From: Octopus vulgaris
Taxonomy: Eukaryota
NCBI GenBank assembly: GCA_951406725.2
Contig: OX597826.1
Location: forward strand, 15,252,001 to 15,316,000
Direction of reading: 5' to 3'
Length of the DNA stretch: 64,000 nt
Shown here: one piece after another, positions 12,561-26,939 of the stretch
Numbering within the stretch: the first letter of the stretch is position 1
Layout: each line of letters opens with the position of its first letter
The notes under the pieces: generated by a model
Told to the model about the DNA's origin: nothing
Database searches by the model: none
What the model saw: only the letters and a program-made list of their open reading frames with translations
Position numbers and translations under genes: made by a program

Positions 12561-14398
12561 CAGATTTTTTTTTTATCAGTTGTTGCGTCAAGTACTTAAA
12601 TCAACTGCATTAATAGCCACAAGAAATACATTCTGTACAACGAGACTCAGTTTCCATAAATGTGGTGAATAAGTATCAAATTTTCTCGTAAAAGTTCCTC
12701 CTATAATATGGAAAAAATTTTCATCCAAAACAGAAACTTGGTATCTAACGTAAAAGGTTTTATGTGAACTAATTCAGGTGTCAGACGGATTAATTTGTAC
12801 ATCGCATAAACCACAATTATCGTTGCTGCTAAGTGTTGCCACCACATCACTACCTGTAATAATTTCTAGCATCAGCACGACCACTACCTCCCCCACAACC
12901 ATAACAACCACCAGTGAAAATCATTATTCCCATCAACAATAGTGTCACCAGCACCACCATTCTACGTATCGCCAGTATCGCCAGTATCACTAGTATCATC
13001 ACCACCAACCAAATATCATCATATCAATAACGGACTGTACCAACCAAAAAGATCCTGTGTTGGTAGAATCGAATTTCAGAAGCTTAATGAAACAAGCTCA
13101 GCAGACACATGTCCTATCCCAATATTCAAGAACTTCTAAGTTGTAGGTCTTGTTTACTTATTCTACATACATCATTCACGTTACACTGTTAATTTAATGT
13201 TAACATGCGACTGATGACAAATTCTAATTGCTAGTGACGTGTTACCTCTAAAGGGGTCTTGTTACCAGACATTTTCATCCCACCTTGTCCAACCCCGTTT
13301 CTTGATTCTCTCACATTTCTACGTGACTACATAACCATAGAAAACTGTCAACCTCCAAAATTACCTCCCACTCTCTCATAAATCTTCTCCTTCTGCTAAT
13401 TTCACACTGTTTAGCATTTTCTATAAAGTGTTCCCATTTCTCTTCATACACATGGATTCTATTTTAACTGTGTCTCTAATCGATTATCTCTATACGGTTA
13501 TGATGATATTGGTAATTGTGATGGTGTTGATGGTGGCAATGATGATGATTGCGGCGGGGTTATTGGTGTTGATGACAATAGTACCGCTCTGGAAGTGGTG
13601 GTATTTATGGTGGTGACGAGGGTCGTTTAGTGGGAGGTGGGTGACGATGGTAAGGAGTTGACAGCGTTAGAAGTGGCAGTAGTGCAGATGGCGATGATTT
13701 GTGGCTATGGTTGCAGCGCTATTGACAGTCGTAAATATGATTATTGTGGTGACACTAATGTAAAAGGTGATAATGACCTCTACTGGAGTCAGTTGTTCTG
13801 AGGATGAAGTCGTTACAAGAGTACGATGTTACTTGGGTTGAAATAGGAGTGATGCTGAAGGAGGAGGTGTTGCAGTGGTGATGTGGCGATAATGCTTTTG
13901 AATGTGATCAGTTTCGTAAGCTGTTGTGAATATGAATACACTGGTCTCAAAAATATGATACTAGTGTGTTATAATAGTAATTTTGTTAAATATGATAACA
14001 ACGGTGGTGTTGTGGGTTTAATGCTGTTGTAGGTAGTAAGACAAGTAGAATCAGAAGTCTTCCCCCCCTTTGGATGGAATTTATGTATATCGACAGTAGA
14101 GTTGATAACTATGTTTGATGTTATCTGTGTGTGTGTCTCTGTGTGTAAGTACATGCGTTTGTGTTCATTGCTATATGTTTTTAAATATGATGACATATGT
14201 ATATGTGTATGTACGTCTGCAATTTGATATCTATGTTTAGTACTTTTGAGTCTGTTTATACGCTTTGTATATTGGCAGATGTTTCTTTATTTTCTTGTCT
14301 TTACTCATATCCGTCTGCCTGTGCTTTTGAAGGTGTCTACTAAATAATGACGAAAATTTTGATTTATATAGTTGCTTGTGTGTTTTAACCTGTGTATA

Positions 14399-14645
<247 letters not shown>

Positions 14646-15044
14646 TGCTTCTCTGTCTGCACTTCTGCCTGTCTCTGTCTATCTGTGTGCGTGTTTCACT
14701 GGTGGTTCGAACACAACTGTCAATCATATAAACCCCGGAAGAGTCCTCCCCTGTTTACTATGCGTGTGGATGTCAAAATCAGTAGAGCGGTAGACGACGA
14801 ACCACTTTTTTTACTATTTGGCCCTGATCCACGTTGTTTTTCATCACTCTCAGACCAACAAATTACGAACTTACTGATACGTTAAGTATTGCAGTCGAAA
14901 GAAGCAAACATAAATCAGAAACCGTTGTCACAGCATGGCCTCAGCGACTGCTACTAGCAACTACGAATACATATTATTTTACGAGGCGGGAAATACTGAT
15001 TAATATTCTCTAAATATTTCTTTTGAGTGGTACTGTAAAAGCGG

Positions 15045-15362
15045 GCGAAGGCGTGTGGCTTAATGGTTAGGGTATCCGGTTCACAATCGTAAGGTCGTGA
15101 GTTCAATTCCCGGCGACACGTTGTGTCCTTGAGCAAGACACTTTATTTCAAAAAGGCGGCGAGCAGGCAGGAGCATAGCCGTATTTCGTCTGCCGTTACG
15201 TTCTGAGTTCAAATTCCATCGAGGTCGGCTTTGTCTTTCATCCTTTCGGGGTCGATAAATAAGTACCAGTTGCGTACTGGGGTCGATGTAATCGACTTAA
15301 TCCGTCTGTCTGTCCTTGTTTGTCCTCTCTGTGTTTAGCCCCTTGTGGGTAGTAAAGAAATA
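15045..15362 (+). mobile_element. Chimeric SINE: tRNA/CORE-type head (15045-15150) fused to a family A SINE (15151-15362), with a single 16-bp TSD
   Basis: A-box TGGCTTAATGG, B-box GTTCAATTCC and CORE-like tccttgagcaagacactt, then AAAAGGCGGCGAGC... family A. TSD ggtactgtaaaagcgg at 15029-15044 and 15363-15378. Confidence 0.85.
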
Positions 15363-15752
15363 GGTACTGTAAAAGCGGTAGAATATCGCAAAAAAACGTG
15401 TATAATTGCAGAATTTCACATTCTGAGTCAATATGTTGACAAGGACAACATTACCTTTATTTTATATGACATCAGTTAGGAAGAGGGTTCAATAAAATCC
15501 CCTGTTCTATAAAATCCTCTTTCCCCCACTCCCTATTTCCGACCTCCTGCTTATATCAGCAGCTAATATTCTTTGATCTTTCATAAATTGTTTAATCTAA
15601 TGTAATCTGAAGTGAACCATTGGAGTGTCTGATTGAGCACAACATATGACTCTCGACAAAAAGTTGTTACATATATTTGGTGTATAAACAGAATAATGGA
15701 CAACAATTAAAGGATTAGTTCCGTTGTCAATACCTGGGCATGTATAGAGGCG

Positions 15753-15937
15753 TCGAACTGGGAGAATCATAACCGCGCGAGGCAAAACAGTTAGGGGCAT
15801 TTCCTCCGTCTTTACTTTCAGTGTTCAAATTCTGATGAGGTTGACTTACCTTTCATCCTGGTGGGATCGATAAATTAAGTACTTGTTGAGCACTGGGTCA
15901 ATGTAATCGACTGGTCGTTTGCCAAAATTTGAAACCA
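15753..15937 (+). mobile_element. SINE family A, degraded
   Basis: gttcaaattc...gttgacttacctttcatcc...gataaattaagtac...gtcaatgtaatcgact. Confidence 0.8.
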
Positions 15938-15972
15938 ATGTCTGTACACGTACCGTTCGTACGCTGGCCCTA

Positions 15973-16142
15973 GTGCTTAGTGGTATTTCGTCCGTTTTTA
16001 CGTTCTGCGTTCAAATTCTGCCGGGGTCGACTTTCATCCTTTCGGGGTTGATAAAATAAGTACCATTTGGACACTGACGTCAATGTAATCGATTTGACCC
16101 CTTCCCCGAAATTGCTGGTCTTGTGCCAAAATTTGAAATCAT
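15973..16142 (+). mobile_element. SINE family A
   Basis: tttcgtccg..tacgttctgcgttcaaattctgccggggtcgactttcatcctttcggggttgataaaataagtacca. Confidence 0.85.
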
Positions 16143-16629
16143 TATGTGTGCAAGTATACGCTTATCGATATAAGCATATCTGTCTTTTTAACAAGTCCGC
16201 AAAAGGTTCTAGGTGAAAATCTTTTTCAACACTTTTATCCATCTGGACATCTAATGCCTTTTACATTACATTAAGTCTCGCATAAGTTATATATTTTAAA
16301 ATTAGCATTAGAATACCATCGAGAGAGTTGTTTGGGCATTCTGGATGTTTTGAAGCATGTAGCTCAGCAACCAACTCCACTTACTTTAAACATTGCCAAC
16401 AAAAGGTCTTAATGTAGTTTATCAACCTGCTAGAAACAACAACAGAATCACACTCAAACCGCGTTCTAAAAATGACTTTCTAAAACTAGAAAACCGTTTT
16501 GGATATGCAGTTCTGAAAGCGCAAAAGAGAGGATGGTCATAAATGGCAAGTCTTTTATCCTTTTTTTCATAATGTGTGCTCGATTAGGTTTATCTTGGAA
16601 TCACGCCTGAACGTCTCTCATCATATTTT

Positions 16630-17062
16630 TCTATCTTATATTTTTACTTTTTTCAGTCATTAGACTGCGGCCACTGCCTTGAAGAATTGTTATCCGAATG
16701 AATCGACCCTAATACTTTGTTTCTTAAGCCTGATACTGACTGAATCGGTTACTTTTTTTTGAACCGCTATGTAACGGTAACATAAACACACCAACATCGG
16801 TTGTTAAGCGGTGGTGGTGGAAGGCAAACACAGACACGAATAAACACAAACACACAAAAACACATTCAAACACACATATACACGCACCCCCACACACATA
16901 CATACTACAAGCTTCTTTCAGATTTCGTCAACAGAATCCACGTACAAGGTTTTTGTCGGTCCGAGGCTATAGTAGAATAGACTTGCTCATGGTACCACGC
17001 AGTGGAATTGAACCCGGAACCATCTTGTTAGGAAGCAAGTTTAATTACAACACGGCCGCGCT
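16630..17062 (-). mobile_element. tRNA/CORE SINE family B
   Basis: Aligns along its length with 21158-21535 and 23443-23850. The head (reverse complement) has gttccgggttcaattccactgcgtgg. Confidence 0.85.
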
Positions 17063-17671
17063 TGTTTGAAGATGAGACCGGATTTGGGCTAAACGACCTC
17101 AAAAGTGCAAGTTCGTTGCTGAAGACTATCTTTTACTCTCCTTATCCAGACACAATTCAAGATCTGCAAGAAATATTATGCCACTATTTCAATTCCCGGT
17201 ATCCATGGGTCGCTTTAAAAGCTGAAAGCTTCGCATAACAACAATTAGCTGCAACAATATGATTTTAACTTCGACTGCCTTTAGCAAGAACATGAACATG
17301 TCAACTCCTACCAGGTTGCCTGGAGTGATGACAGCGCCTCCTTAGAAAACCTATGTCCAACAAATCAAATTTTAGAAATAAGTTTAAAGTATCTTGCCAG
17401 ATCATTTATATGTCTACTTGATGTCTCAATAGATCCAAACACACATGCGCACGCACGCACACAAAACACACATACCCACATACAGATACGTACATACTTA
17501 AAAGGCATACACACACCCCTGTTGCAATCGACTATAAGTTTATATCACATGCACATAATTGCCCCGACTTTAAGGAGTGGAGTCAGAGTAATTCGTGATT
17601 TAGATATGTAAAGCGGTATTTACTATCTTTCTTACTTCCATCCATCCATCATCATCATCTCTCTCTTTCCT

Positions 17672-18125
<454 letters not shown>

Positions 18126-18546
18126 ATCCACACGCACACATACACACAGACACGCCTACACGCATATCACTAAAAGGGCCGTATTATGAATATGCACAAT
18201 GACGGACGGATCACTTTACGCTCGTTACAGTCAACATTTCAATAAAATCTTGAAACCATTTCATGATTAAATTAGTTTGGAAAGTATTTAACGTATTCTA
18301 AATAAAAATTTCACTTTACTCGGAGAAGTGAGATACCTGCTTGTATAAATGTTTATAAAATTGCTAAGGAAAGAAGAACAAAAAAACGTTAACGGAATAA
18401 CAGAATATGCTAGAACTGTATTTTTAAATCTATGTTTGATTTACACAAAAGTGTCCAACTTACGTATTCATACACATGCATACATATGTATATGTATGTG
18501 TTTATATATATATGATACTATTAATATATATATGAGTGTGTGTGTG

Positions 18547-18589
<43 letters not shown>

Positions 18590-18629
18590 ACACATATGTA
18601 TACACATATGTATACATACATACACACAC

Positions 18630-18660
<31 letters not shown>

Positions 18661-18879
18661 TGTATGTATGTATGTATGTATGTATGTATGTATGTGTGAA
18701 TATATATCACGCACTCGCATTCGTCTGCACTCAGTCGCAGACGTTTCCACCGGATAAATAGCTTTCATGATAACAAATCAGAACATGATGTTAATTTGAA
18801 AAACTTCAACTAAACAGAATTTCTCTCTTTCTCGGCATACACGCACGCACGCACACAAACACATACACACACACGTACG

Positions 18880-18932
<53 letters not shown>

Positions 18933-19150
18933 TTATATATATGCCATACATGTATATATATGTATACATTTACGTATATACATGTATATATACACATAAA
19001 TATATAGATATATAATATATACGTATATTCTACACGAATATATGCATATATACATATACGCTTATATGCATAATGCATATATATATACATATATACATAC
19101 ATACATATATATACACACTTGTGTGTATGTGTGTGTGTATGTACGTATGA

Positions 19151-19191
<41 letters not shown>

Positions 19192-20351
19192 TATTTATAA
19201 TATATCTATGTATGTGTGTGTGCGTGTTAATGCATTTTTGTATATATACACTATGTTTTTAGGTATGTATGTGTAGCTATGTATATCTGTGAGTGAGATC
19301 CGTATGGATACGTCTGTTACATGTATATATGAGTATGCGTGTAGGGAGAGAAAGTGTTTAGTTCCACTTCAAACAGACGTTCCAGTTTCCTGGAGACGAG
19401 AAATCTGCAGTAAACACTCATGACTACAATTTCACAACGGATAGATTTTTATGTCAGTCATTCACAACAACAACAGCAACAACAAAAGCAACAACAAGAA
19501 AAACCAATATTCCCACAACATCGGTAAGAGTACCAATCACAACAACAACTACACTACCATCAATCAGGGCAACCCATTACGAAAACAACAGCAATAACAA
19601 CAATAAACAATCAATTAATAAGCCATAATAAAACTTTAAACGATGGGGAAGAATCTGTTATTAAGTATTTATATTCCTTTGAATGGAAGATTTCCAAGAA
19701 ATTGCTTTTAAAATTTCTCTCATAATTTTCTTAGAATTTTTACTTTGAAAACTTTGCGGAACTTTTCGTTTTTAGCCGCTCTCCTTCACAAACGATTGAC
19801 CATTGCCTGGCAATGTTACTGTTCTGTGCTGTATTGACCGAGACAATTTAGACTTGAATTAAAGTCAATATAATATCCCGGCATGTTAGCAAACTATCAT
19901 TTACAATGTTTGTTTATAAACATGTCATATTTAATTAAAGCAATAGAAATCTAATTTTCACAAATGAGGATGAAAAAAAGATGTAATATAAATAACTTAA
20001 TCATTTTCATAGACGTATGGGAACCGAAAATTTAACGAAGGAATGAAAACTGGAATGAAGAACATTTATTAAAGTAACACAGGGATTTTTCTGACGTATA
20101 AATTAATCTTGTTTAACAATAAATATTTGAATTGTTATGCCTGGCTAAAATAATTGAAATGTCTCACAAGAAAATAGTGAATTGTTCAGTACAATTTTCT
20201 TCTAAGCTCAATAAAATATGTCTTCTGTCCGGGTAAGCCTGTTTGCAAACAACTTTGCAAAGTTTCATAATGATCATAAACCATAGATTGATTCTAATAT
20301 TTGCAGTGTTAAAATATTCACACCGTTTCTCACAAATTTATAAACGTTAGA

Positions 20352-20560
20352 CGGGTGCAGCTTGACGCAAAAATCATTAAAGCGTCGGACTAAGTGCTTA
20401 GCGGAATTACTTTCGGCTTTACGTTATGCGTTCAAATGCCGCGGAGGTCGACTTTACCGATCGTCCTTTCACGGTTGATCAAAGAAGTAACAGCTGAGCA
20501 CTGGGGTCAATGTAATCGACTGGCGCTCCAACCCACAACAATTCTAAGCCTTGTGCCTAT
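20352..20560 (+). mobile_element. SINE family A, degraded
   Basis: tacgttatgcgttcaaatgccgcggaggtcgacttt...cactggggtcaatgtaatcgact. Confidence 0.8.
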
Positions 20561-21157
20561 ATAAAGTATAATTTATCGATGGGTGGTATTTGTAGTGGTC
20601 TTTAGCAGAGATACAATGCTGTCAGCCTATATAATTTCACTGTCAGCCTTTATAATTTTGTTGGCAGATTAAGAACAAGAAACAATTTAATCTGATCTAT
20701 GAATAATTACTGTACTTATTAATTTCAATTAATTGGTTTCTTCCAGGGAGATAATATATACAAGTGGTAGCGAATTTTAAAGGACTGAAAGATAAGAAGA
20801 CAGCTGCTTCGATCTTGATACATTCATGTTAAACAGATAACAAGTAGATGGATTCCGGGTTTACCACCCCGACCAAAGGACAAAATCAATATTCAATTAT
20901 TAATAAGTTATCATGAGATGATATCAAAACTTTTAATATATCCCTTCATTGAGGTTGAAATTTTAATTTATTTTTGGGCTCATTAACTGTTTTTGTCCCC
21001 ATTGAAATATTTATAGGGATGTGTGTGTGTGTGTATGTGTATGTGAATGTGCGCGTGTTTGTTTTAGACCCGTTTTTTATTAAGATATGCAACGATACGT
21101 CTGCAGTGGATAAGAACTCGAAACCTAGGCGCTAGTAATATCACATATAATGTTAAT

Positions 21158-21535
21158 TTCTTTTATCTTTTATTTCTTTCAGCACTTAGACTGCGGCCAT
21201 GCTGGGGCACTGCTTTGAAGCATTTTTAGTCGAATGTATCGGACCCAGTACTGTTTTGTTTTTAAATTTATTCTATCTATGTCCTTTGCCGAACCACTAA
21301 GTTACGGGGACGTAAACACACCAGCACCGGCTGTAAAGCGGTTGTGGAGGACACATACACATCCATATATAAGACGCGCTTCTTTCAGTTTCCGTCTCAT
21401 AAATACATTTACAAGACTTTGGTCGGCCCGAAGCTATAATGGAAATCACTTGCTCAAGGTACACACAGTGGGAATGAAACCCAAACCATGTGGTTGAGAA
21501 GCAAGCTTCTAACCACACAACCACGTCTACGCCTA
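21158..21535 (-). mobile_element. tRNA/CORE SINE family B
   Basis: gactgcggccatgctggggcac, taagttacggggacgtaaacacacc, ccatgtggttg..aagcaagcttctaaccacac. Confidence 0.85.
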
Positions 21536-21894
21536 TATTTACTTTTTTATTATACGAAAGAAAGGAGATAAAAGCTAATTTTATTGCTAATTGAATTTTT
21601 ATGCTTAAAGTAAAACCTGACCTTTATTAGCAGGTGACCCGTTAGTTATAAAGACATCACCAGAAAATTTTTGAAGTTGCTTTAATCAAGACATAGTCCT
21701 GTAACTTATAAATAAATTTATGGGACAGCTTTGGCCAACGGAATTTGCGTTATTACAGAAAGTAAACTATAGGAAATAATTAAAATGAAACAATTACTTG
21801 AATTTAGACAGTTAATGAAGATAGAAATTAATTATTCGACTTTTAGATTCCAAATGAACACACACACACACATACGTATATGTATATGTATATA

Positions 21895-21939
<45 letters not shown>

Positions 21940-21942
<3 letters not shown>

Positions 21943-23313
21943 TTTAGCAAACAATTTAGATTCAAATGAATATGGTACTTAATTTAGATGCACCAGAATT
22001 TTTTATGGTATTACCCATAAAAATATGCGGGTGATTATAATCAAAAATAAGCAACAAGAATGGATCCGGTAATTTAGTACAATTGTTTCATACTATAACA
22101 TTTTATTAAAGCTGTAAATATTACAGCAGATATAATATGTCAAGTAATCTTCAGCTAATTTCATATATGTTTTCCAATAATATAAAGTTCTCAAATCAAT
22201 TAGTAACATCCTAGAGAAGGTAAATATACCGATAAAGCTATAGATATGAATTTCAAGAACATGAAGTAGGATGCCAAACAGACCAAAATTAATTTCACAA
22301 CTAAATGTTGTAAGAAAAATTTCCTTAGTTATAAGAATGGTAGTAAGGGCAGGTTAAGGAATCAAGTTAGTTGAAGAAAAGAAGGGGAAACAATTTAGGA
22401 GATGTAAAAAGACAAAACAGATTGACACTAGAATAAAGGGTCAATCTATTTCTGTGGTGACAGAAGATTTAGGTCAGTGTGGGAGGAACACTAAATTCTT
22501 AAGAGACTGTGAAGCTGACCAGGCCTTACTTTCAAATGAAAGCCATCAGAATTTTTAGTAGGAATTTAGAGAAGGGAGATATAAGGAAAGCTGTAAAAGG
22601 AGCTTAAGTTAGCAGCAGAGAAAGATACAGTAAGGAAATCAAGGTTATCATTAGAATAGAAGGCTATTTATTTTCATTTTTATTTTTATATGGTGAGAAA
22701 AATTCTAGGTCAATGTCCAGAGGTCAATTAAATTCTTTAACAAAGGGTAGGGGAACAGCACCTATTCAAATTTATAGTAGATATCGAATTTTATAACTAG
22801 GGGAATAGTATTAAATGTTAAAATTAGAATAGAATTGGGAAAATGTGCAATTTCATGATTAAAGTAAGGTTAATTTAGTTGACTATAAAAGTCAATTAAA
22901 GGTTGGTATAGTATATCTCATATTATTATTATTATATTAAAAAGATACAGTTAGAAACAGTAGGAAAACCTTAAAATTTCTATTTAAAATATTTGAAAGT
23001 TCTAATTGTTGAATGAATGCAAGACAACCTAACTCTAGACGATTGTTTAGTAGATTTTTATTATTTCGATACTTTAAAATCTCGTAGGTCTCCATAGAAC
23101 AGAGTTGACAGCCTACTCTATTATTTCTATAAGGTTTTGCCCTCCTAACTATTTCCCATTTTAGGTTGTATTCTATATTATTAGTTTTAAGTTCCCAAAT
23201 TTTGCTAGATAGTGTAGTGCAACCTGCCTTATGTTCCAAACGGAAAGAGGAAAGATGGTTGCTAATCCTCTGTTTAAAATTAATAGAACAACCAATATAA
23301 AAGAAGTTACTGT
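21940..23313 (-). mobile_element. Penelope-like element 3' part: GIY-YIG endonuclease C-terminus (22937-23313) plus 3' UTR/pLTR, flanked by (TA)n on both sides
   Basis: YIG..NFKQRISNHLSSF...TTLSSKIWELK...LKWEIV..AKPY....CQLC.ME...I......LLNNRLE is the PLE GIY-YIG signature with the CxxC motif. Confidence 0.85.
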
Positions 23314-23315
23314 TG

Positions 23316-23407
<92 letters not shown>

Positions 23408-23442
23408 GTACATTATATATATATATATATATATAATATATA

Positions 23443-23850
23443 TCTTTCTCTTTTTCTCTTTTTTTACTTGTTTCAGTCATTTGACTGCGGCCATGCTGGA
23501 GCACCGCCTTTAGTCGAGCAAATCGACCCCGGGACTTATTCTTTGTAAGCCCAGTACTTATTCTATCAGTCTCTTTTGCTGAACCGCTAAGTGACGGGGA
23601 CGTAAACACACCACACATCGGTTGTCAAGCAATGCTAGGGGGACAAACACACACACAAACACATATATATATATATACATATATACGACAGGCTTCTTTC
23701 AGTTTCCGTCTACCAAATCCACTCACAAGGCATTGGTCGGCCCGGGGCTATAGCAGAAGACACTTGCCCAAGATGCCATGCAGTGGGACTGAACCCGGAA
23801 CCATGTGGCTGGTTAGCAAGCTACTTACCACACAGCCACTCCTGCACCTA
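23443..23850 (-). mobile_element. tRNA/CORE SINE family B, near full length
   Basis: Head (reverse complement) GGTGCAGGAGTGGCTGTGTGGTAAG...GGTTCAGTCCC, CORE-like cttgggcaagtgtctt and an internal (TA/CA)n tract. Confidence 0.9.
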
Positions 23851-23862
23851 TACTATATATAT

Positions 23863-23894
<32 letters not shown>

Positions 23895-23899
23895 AAACT

Positions 23900-24415
23900 A
23901 GAGAAGATTGTTGGCAAATCTAAAAAAAGGGGAGGTAATTTCAACTCTACTCTCTCCAGCGCCGCCGTAAGCGGTACATCATTTGTATGATGTGGAGAAT
24001 ATGCTGCCAACTTTGCCCAAACGACCTGAACATTAGCTTCAAGGTTCATCCAAGACTGGGACCATGGGTCATACGTCCCCTGCCCAATTCAGGATCACAG
24101 CATATATGTACACTGCAACATAATTTCTTTTCCTGAACAGGCCCTGCCCTATTTAACATTGTCCCGAAAGAGATCAAAGAGGAAAAGGATCCCATCAACT
24201 TTAAACGGAGTCTGGATAGATTATTTCAAGGAATACCAGATAAGCCACCCATAATTGGATACAACTCACCCAACAAAAACTCATTACTTGAATGGACTAT
24301 AAACAAAACTTGACTTGAACCGGATTTAGATAATCATATCAGGTGGTGCTATTAAGTTAGACATGGCCTGGACCAATCTTTGGTCGAAACATATCTAAGT
24401 TTATCTAAGTTTATC
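23900..24415 (+). mobile_element. CR1-group LINE 3' end (ORF2 C-terminus plus 3' UTR)
   Basis: LYSLQRRRKRYIICMMWRI...GPALFNIVP...FKRSLDRLFQGIPDKP, a 3' hairpin GACCA-atctt-TGGTC, and a (ctaagtttat)2 tail. Confidence 0.8.
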
Positions 24416-25011
24416 ATTAAGTAAAAAATCGCATAAGAGAAGTCATAAATCTATAGAGACCGCTTGTATTTGCTATGTATTTATTATGTAAATTTTTGAA
24501 AGCACACAATTTTACAGGAACACACACATACACGCACAAACACACACACATACACACACGCAATCACACACACACACAGGCACGCACACCTTCGCAGACA
24601 GATGCCTCAGTGCTCACACACTGATACACAATACTAGCGCTATAATCCCATATGACAGTCTCTCAATGGATAATTTGGCTGATGTTGCTGGTGCTGCGAT
24701 TTATAAGATATATAATGGTTGTTCTGCTTCACTTTGTTTCTAGAAGTAAAGTGTTAAGCGGACTCAAAGACCTTGAACCAAACAATTACGTTGTAGTTTG
24801 TAAACCTGCAGGAAAGAACTGATTTCAGACCCGCACGACAAATCATATTATAATTCTGTTATTGGGTGTAACTCTAGTGAAGCTTATTTGCATGATCTGG
24901 TAGTGGCGGAGGGAAATACGTGCCCTTAGAGACTGGTTCTTCTAGTCAACAGCTGAAAGGCAAAAAAAAAAAAAGAAAAGCATTGGCAGGAAGAAAATTC
25001 CAGTGAACTGA

Positions 25012-25227
25012 GCCGATAAAAGAATTTGGACCTGGAGATCTCCATTTCCAGCGACTTCAAGGGCTACCTTCCAGTGGTGTCGGGCGTCGACGAAGAGCCC
25101 TCGATTACAACAAGACGACCAAAGTTTTTTATTCCTAAGGTCTGAGGTCTCCCGCCCCTAAGCCCTAGACCATCACCTAATCACCTTTACCCGTCTTGTT
25201 GCTCAACAACAACAACAACAACAACAA
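25012..25227 (+). mobile_element. 5'-truncated retroposon 3' end with (CAA)n tail and 12-bp TSD
   Basis: TSD ccagtgaactga at 25000-25011 and 25228-25239, a GC-richer body and a (CAA)8 tail. Confidence 0.8.
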
Positions 25228-26939
25228 CCAGTGAACTGATGTTTTGGGAAGAAAGAACAAGCTGCTTAATGAGGTTTAGAGGACACTAGATATTTGTTGA
25301 AAGGTAGAGAGAAGACACAGCATACCTTAATTTTTTATGTCCTTACTTTTTATGTTAGCAAGGGTACCTAGCGAATATAGCTATAAAACAATCATTTTTA
25401 GTTGCTATTCACTCGAATATGTTTATCGGATAAATAATGGTATAATGATAATTTTAAAAGGGAACTACAGATGTAAGAATATCGAAGACGTTCGGCAGAA
25501 ATGTTCACTATAAATGCACCAAGATTCTAATGAATGGCAATATCTATTGTGTCAAAGGAAAGACGGCTGTTATCAACTTTTGAACGTGCAACTGAATAGG
25601 TACATTACGTTTCATGACGTTATTCTGGTTCTGTAATTATCTTATTTCGGAGAATGGAATTTTTCATGACTCTATGCATTAATTTTCTGAATCAAATAAA
25701 ATTGATATACCATTCAATATTAAGATTTGTCATCCTGCTGATAAATGCCATCGAGTACTTGTCACATGTCTTCCTTCTTAACATTTCTGGCTTATAATTT
25801 TTCATAGTACAGGCTTAATAATAAGCTTTATTCATAATGTTGGCATGCCTTCTGAGACGAGTGAGTTTTATACGATATATTTTTAAGATGAAAAAATATT
25901 GAAGGGTTGACGATCAAAGAAAGAATTATTGCACGAATCAGTAAAAAGAAAAACCGAGAATGCCAGAACGAGAAAAGATTGGTTAGTATAGGTGGAGTAG
26001 GTAGTTAAGTAGGTGGTTTGGGTGAGCAGAAGGTTTTATATTAGCTATGGAATAAACAGAGAGATAAAGCAGCAAGTTCGTCGACTAAGAGTCGTTATAT
26101 TTCAGTAAGGCAGTTTTTGTCACCCACTCAGATGGTCATATTTTAGATGAGGTCTAGGATATTTCTCTGTCAACAAACAATATAGTCTCAAATGTAAATA
26201 CACTACACTATTGAGGCGTGTAATTAGCTTTGCAGATGTTTCATAACTCTTCAGAGCTGAAGATTTTTATGATTTTGAAGACAGACACATTAGTCTTCGG
26301 TACATAGTGTTTTGCTATGTTATGTAAATCACTATGAAAGAGCAGACATCAGCGATCAACATCTGTAGCGATTTTGAGGACTTTTAGTAGCGCTTTGCCC
26401 ATTATTAGAAAGAGCAAGGGAAAGGATCTCTTTCAGGTGTCATATCTTGATCTATTGGTCAGAGCAAAGTTATACACTTGGCGGGATTGGTAAATTAAAC
26501 TTTGTGTAACAATAGTAACGAGTGTGTATATGTGTGCATGCGGGTGTAACGCATTGTACGCAGTGTGCAAAACTTTGAAAATGGAATTAGCGGTATATAA
26601 ATAGATATTACGAAGTACAATCAAAGCATTTGTCATTATTGTTTATTACACAAACATTTACAAATCATCTCACGTTCAATCACTAACAGTTCAAGGAATG
26701 CTGATATATTTAGAAATACGTAGGAAGTGCGTGACCTGTGAGTGACAAGGATGCTGATTAGATGGGACAATTTAGAGGCAATCATCCTTGTAGTAGTAGT
26801 AGTAGTGAACTGCAGCCGGCTCGTTGTTGCTGTGTGTTGTTATATCTGTGATGATGGCAGAGGCTGCAATCCTCCACCATTATCAACGTCACATGACCAT
26901 ATCAGCATTCCACCTCACTCTCCAACTCAGTACATCTGA

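Noticed and set aside
12830-14030. CAC/CAT-rich block facing a GTG/GAT-rich block, suggesting a large inverted repeat
   Set aside because: Only compositional complementarity of decayed trinucleotide repeats. I found no alignable arms.
15045-15120. tRNA gene-like sequences (also 61725-61764 and other SINE heads)
   Set aside because: There is no complete cloverleaf or acceptor stem, and they continue into SINE bodies, so they are not tRNA genes.
15832-15845. CTGATGAGG hammerhead-like core
   Set aside because: It lies at the position of ccgccgagg in SINE family A and is explained by mutational decay. There is no matching stem II/GAAAC.
22120-22160. Minus-strand CTGAAGA...GCTGTAA in the PLE 3' region
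   Set aside because: The GAAAC box is absent. At best it is a deleted remnant.
24362-24395. CTG-GACCA-loop-TGGTC-GAAAC resembling a hammerhead
   Set aside because: It lacks the ANGA of the core and a stem I. It is better explained as the 3' recognition hairpin of the CR1-like LINE.
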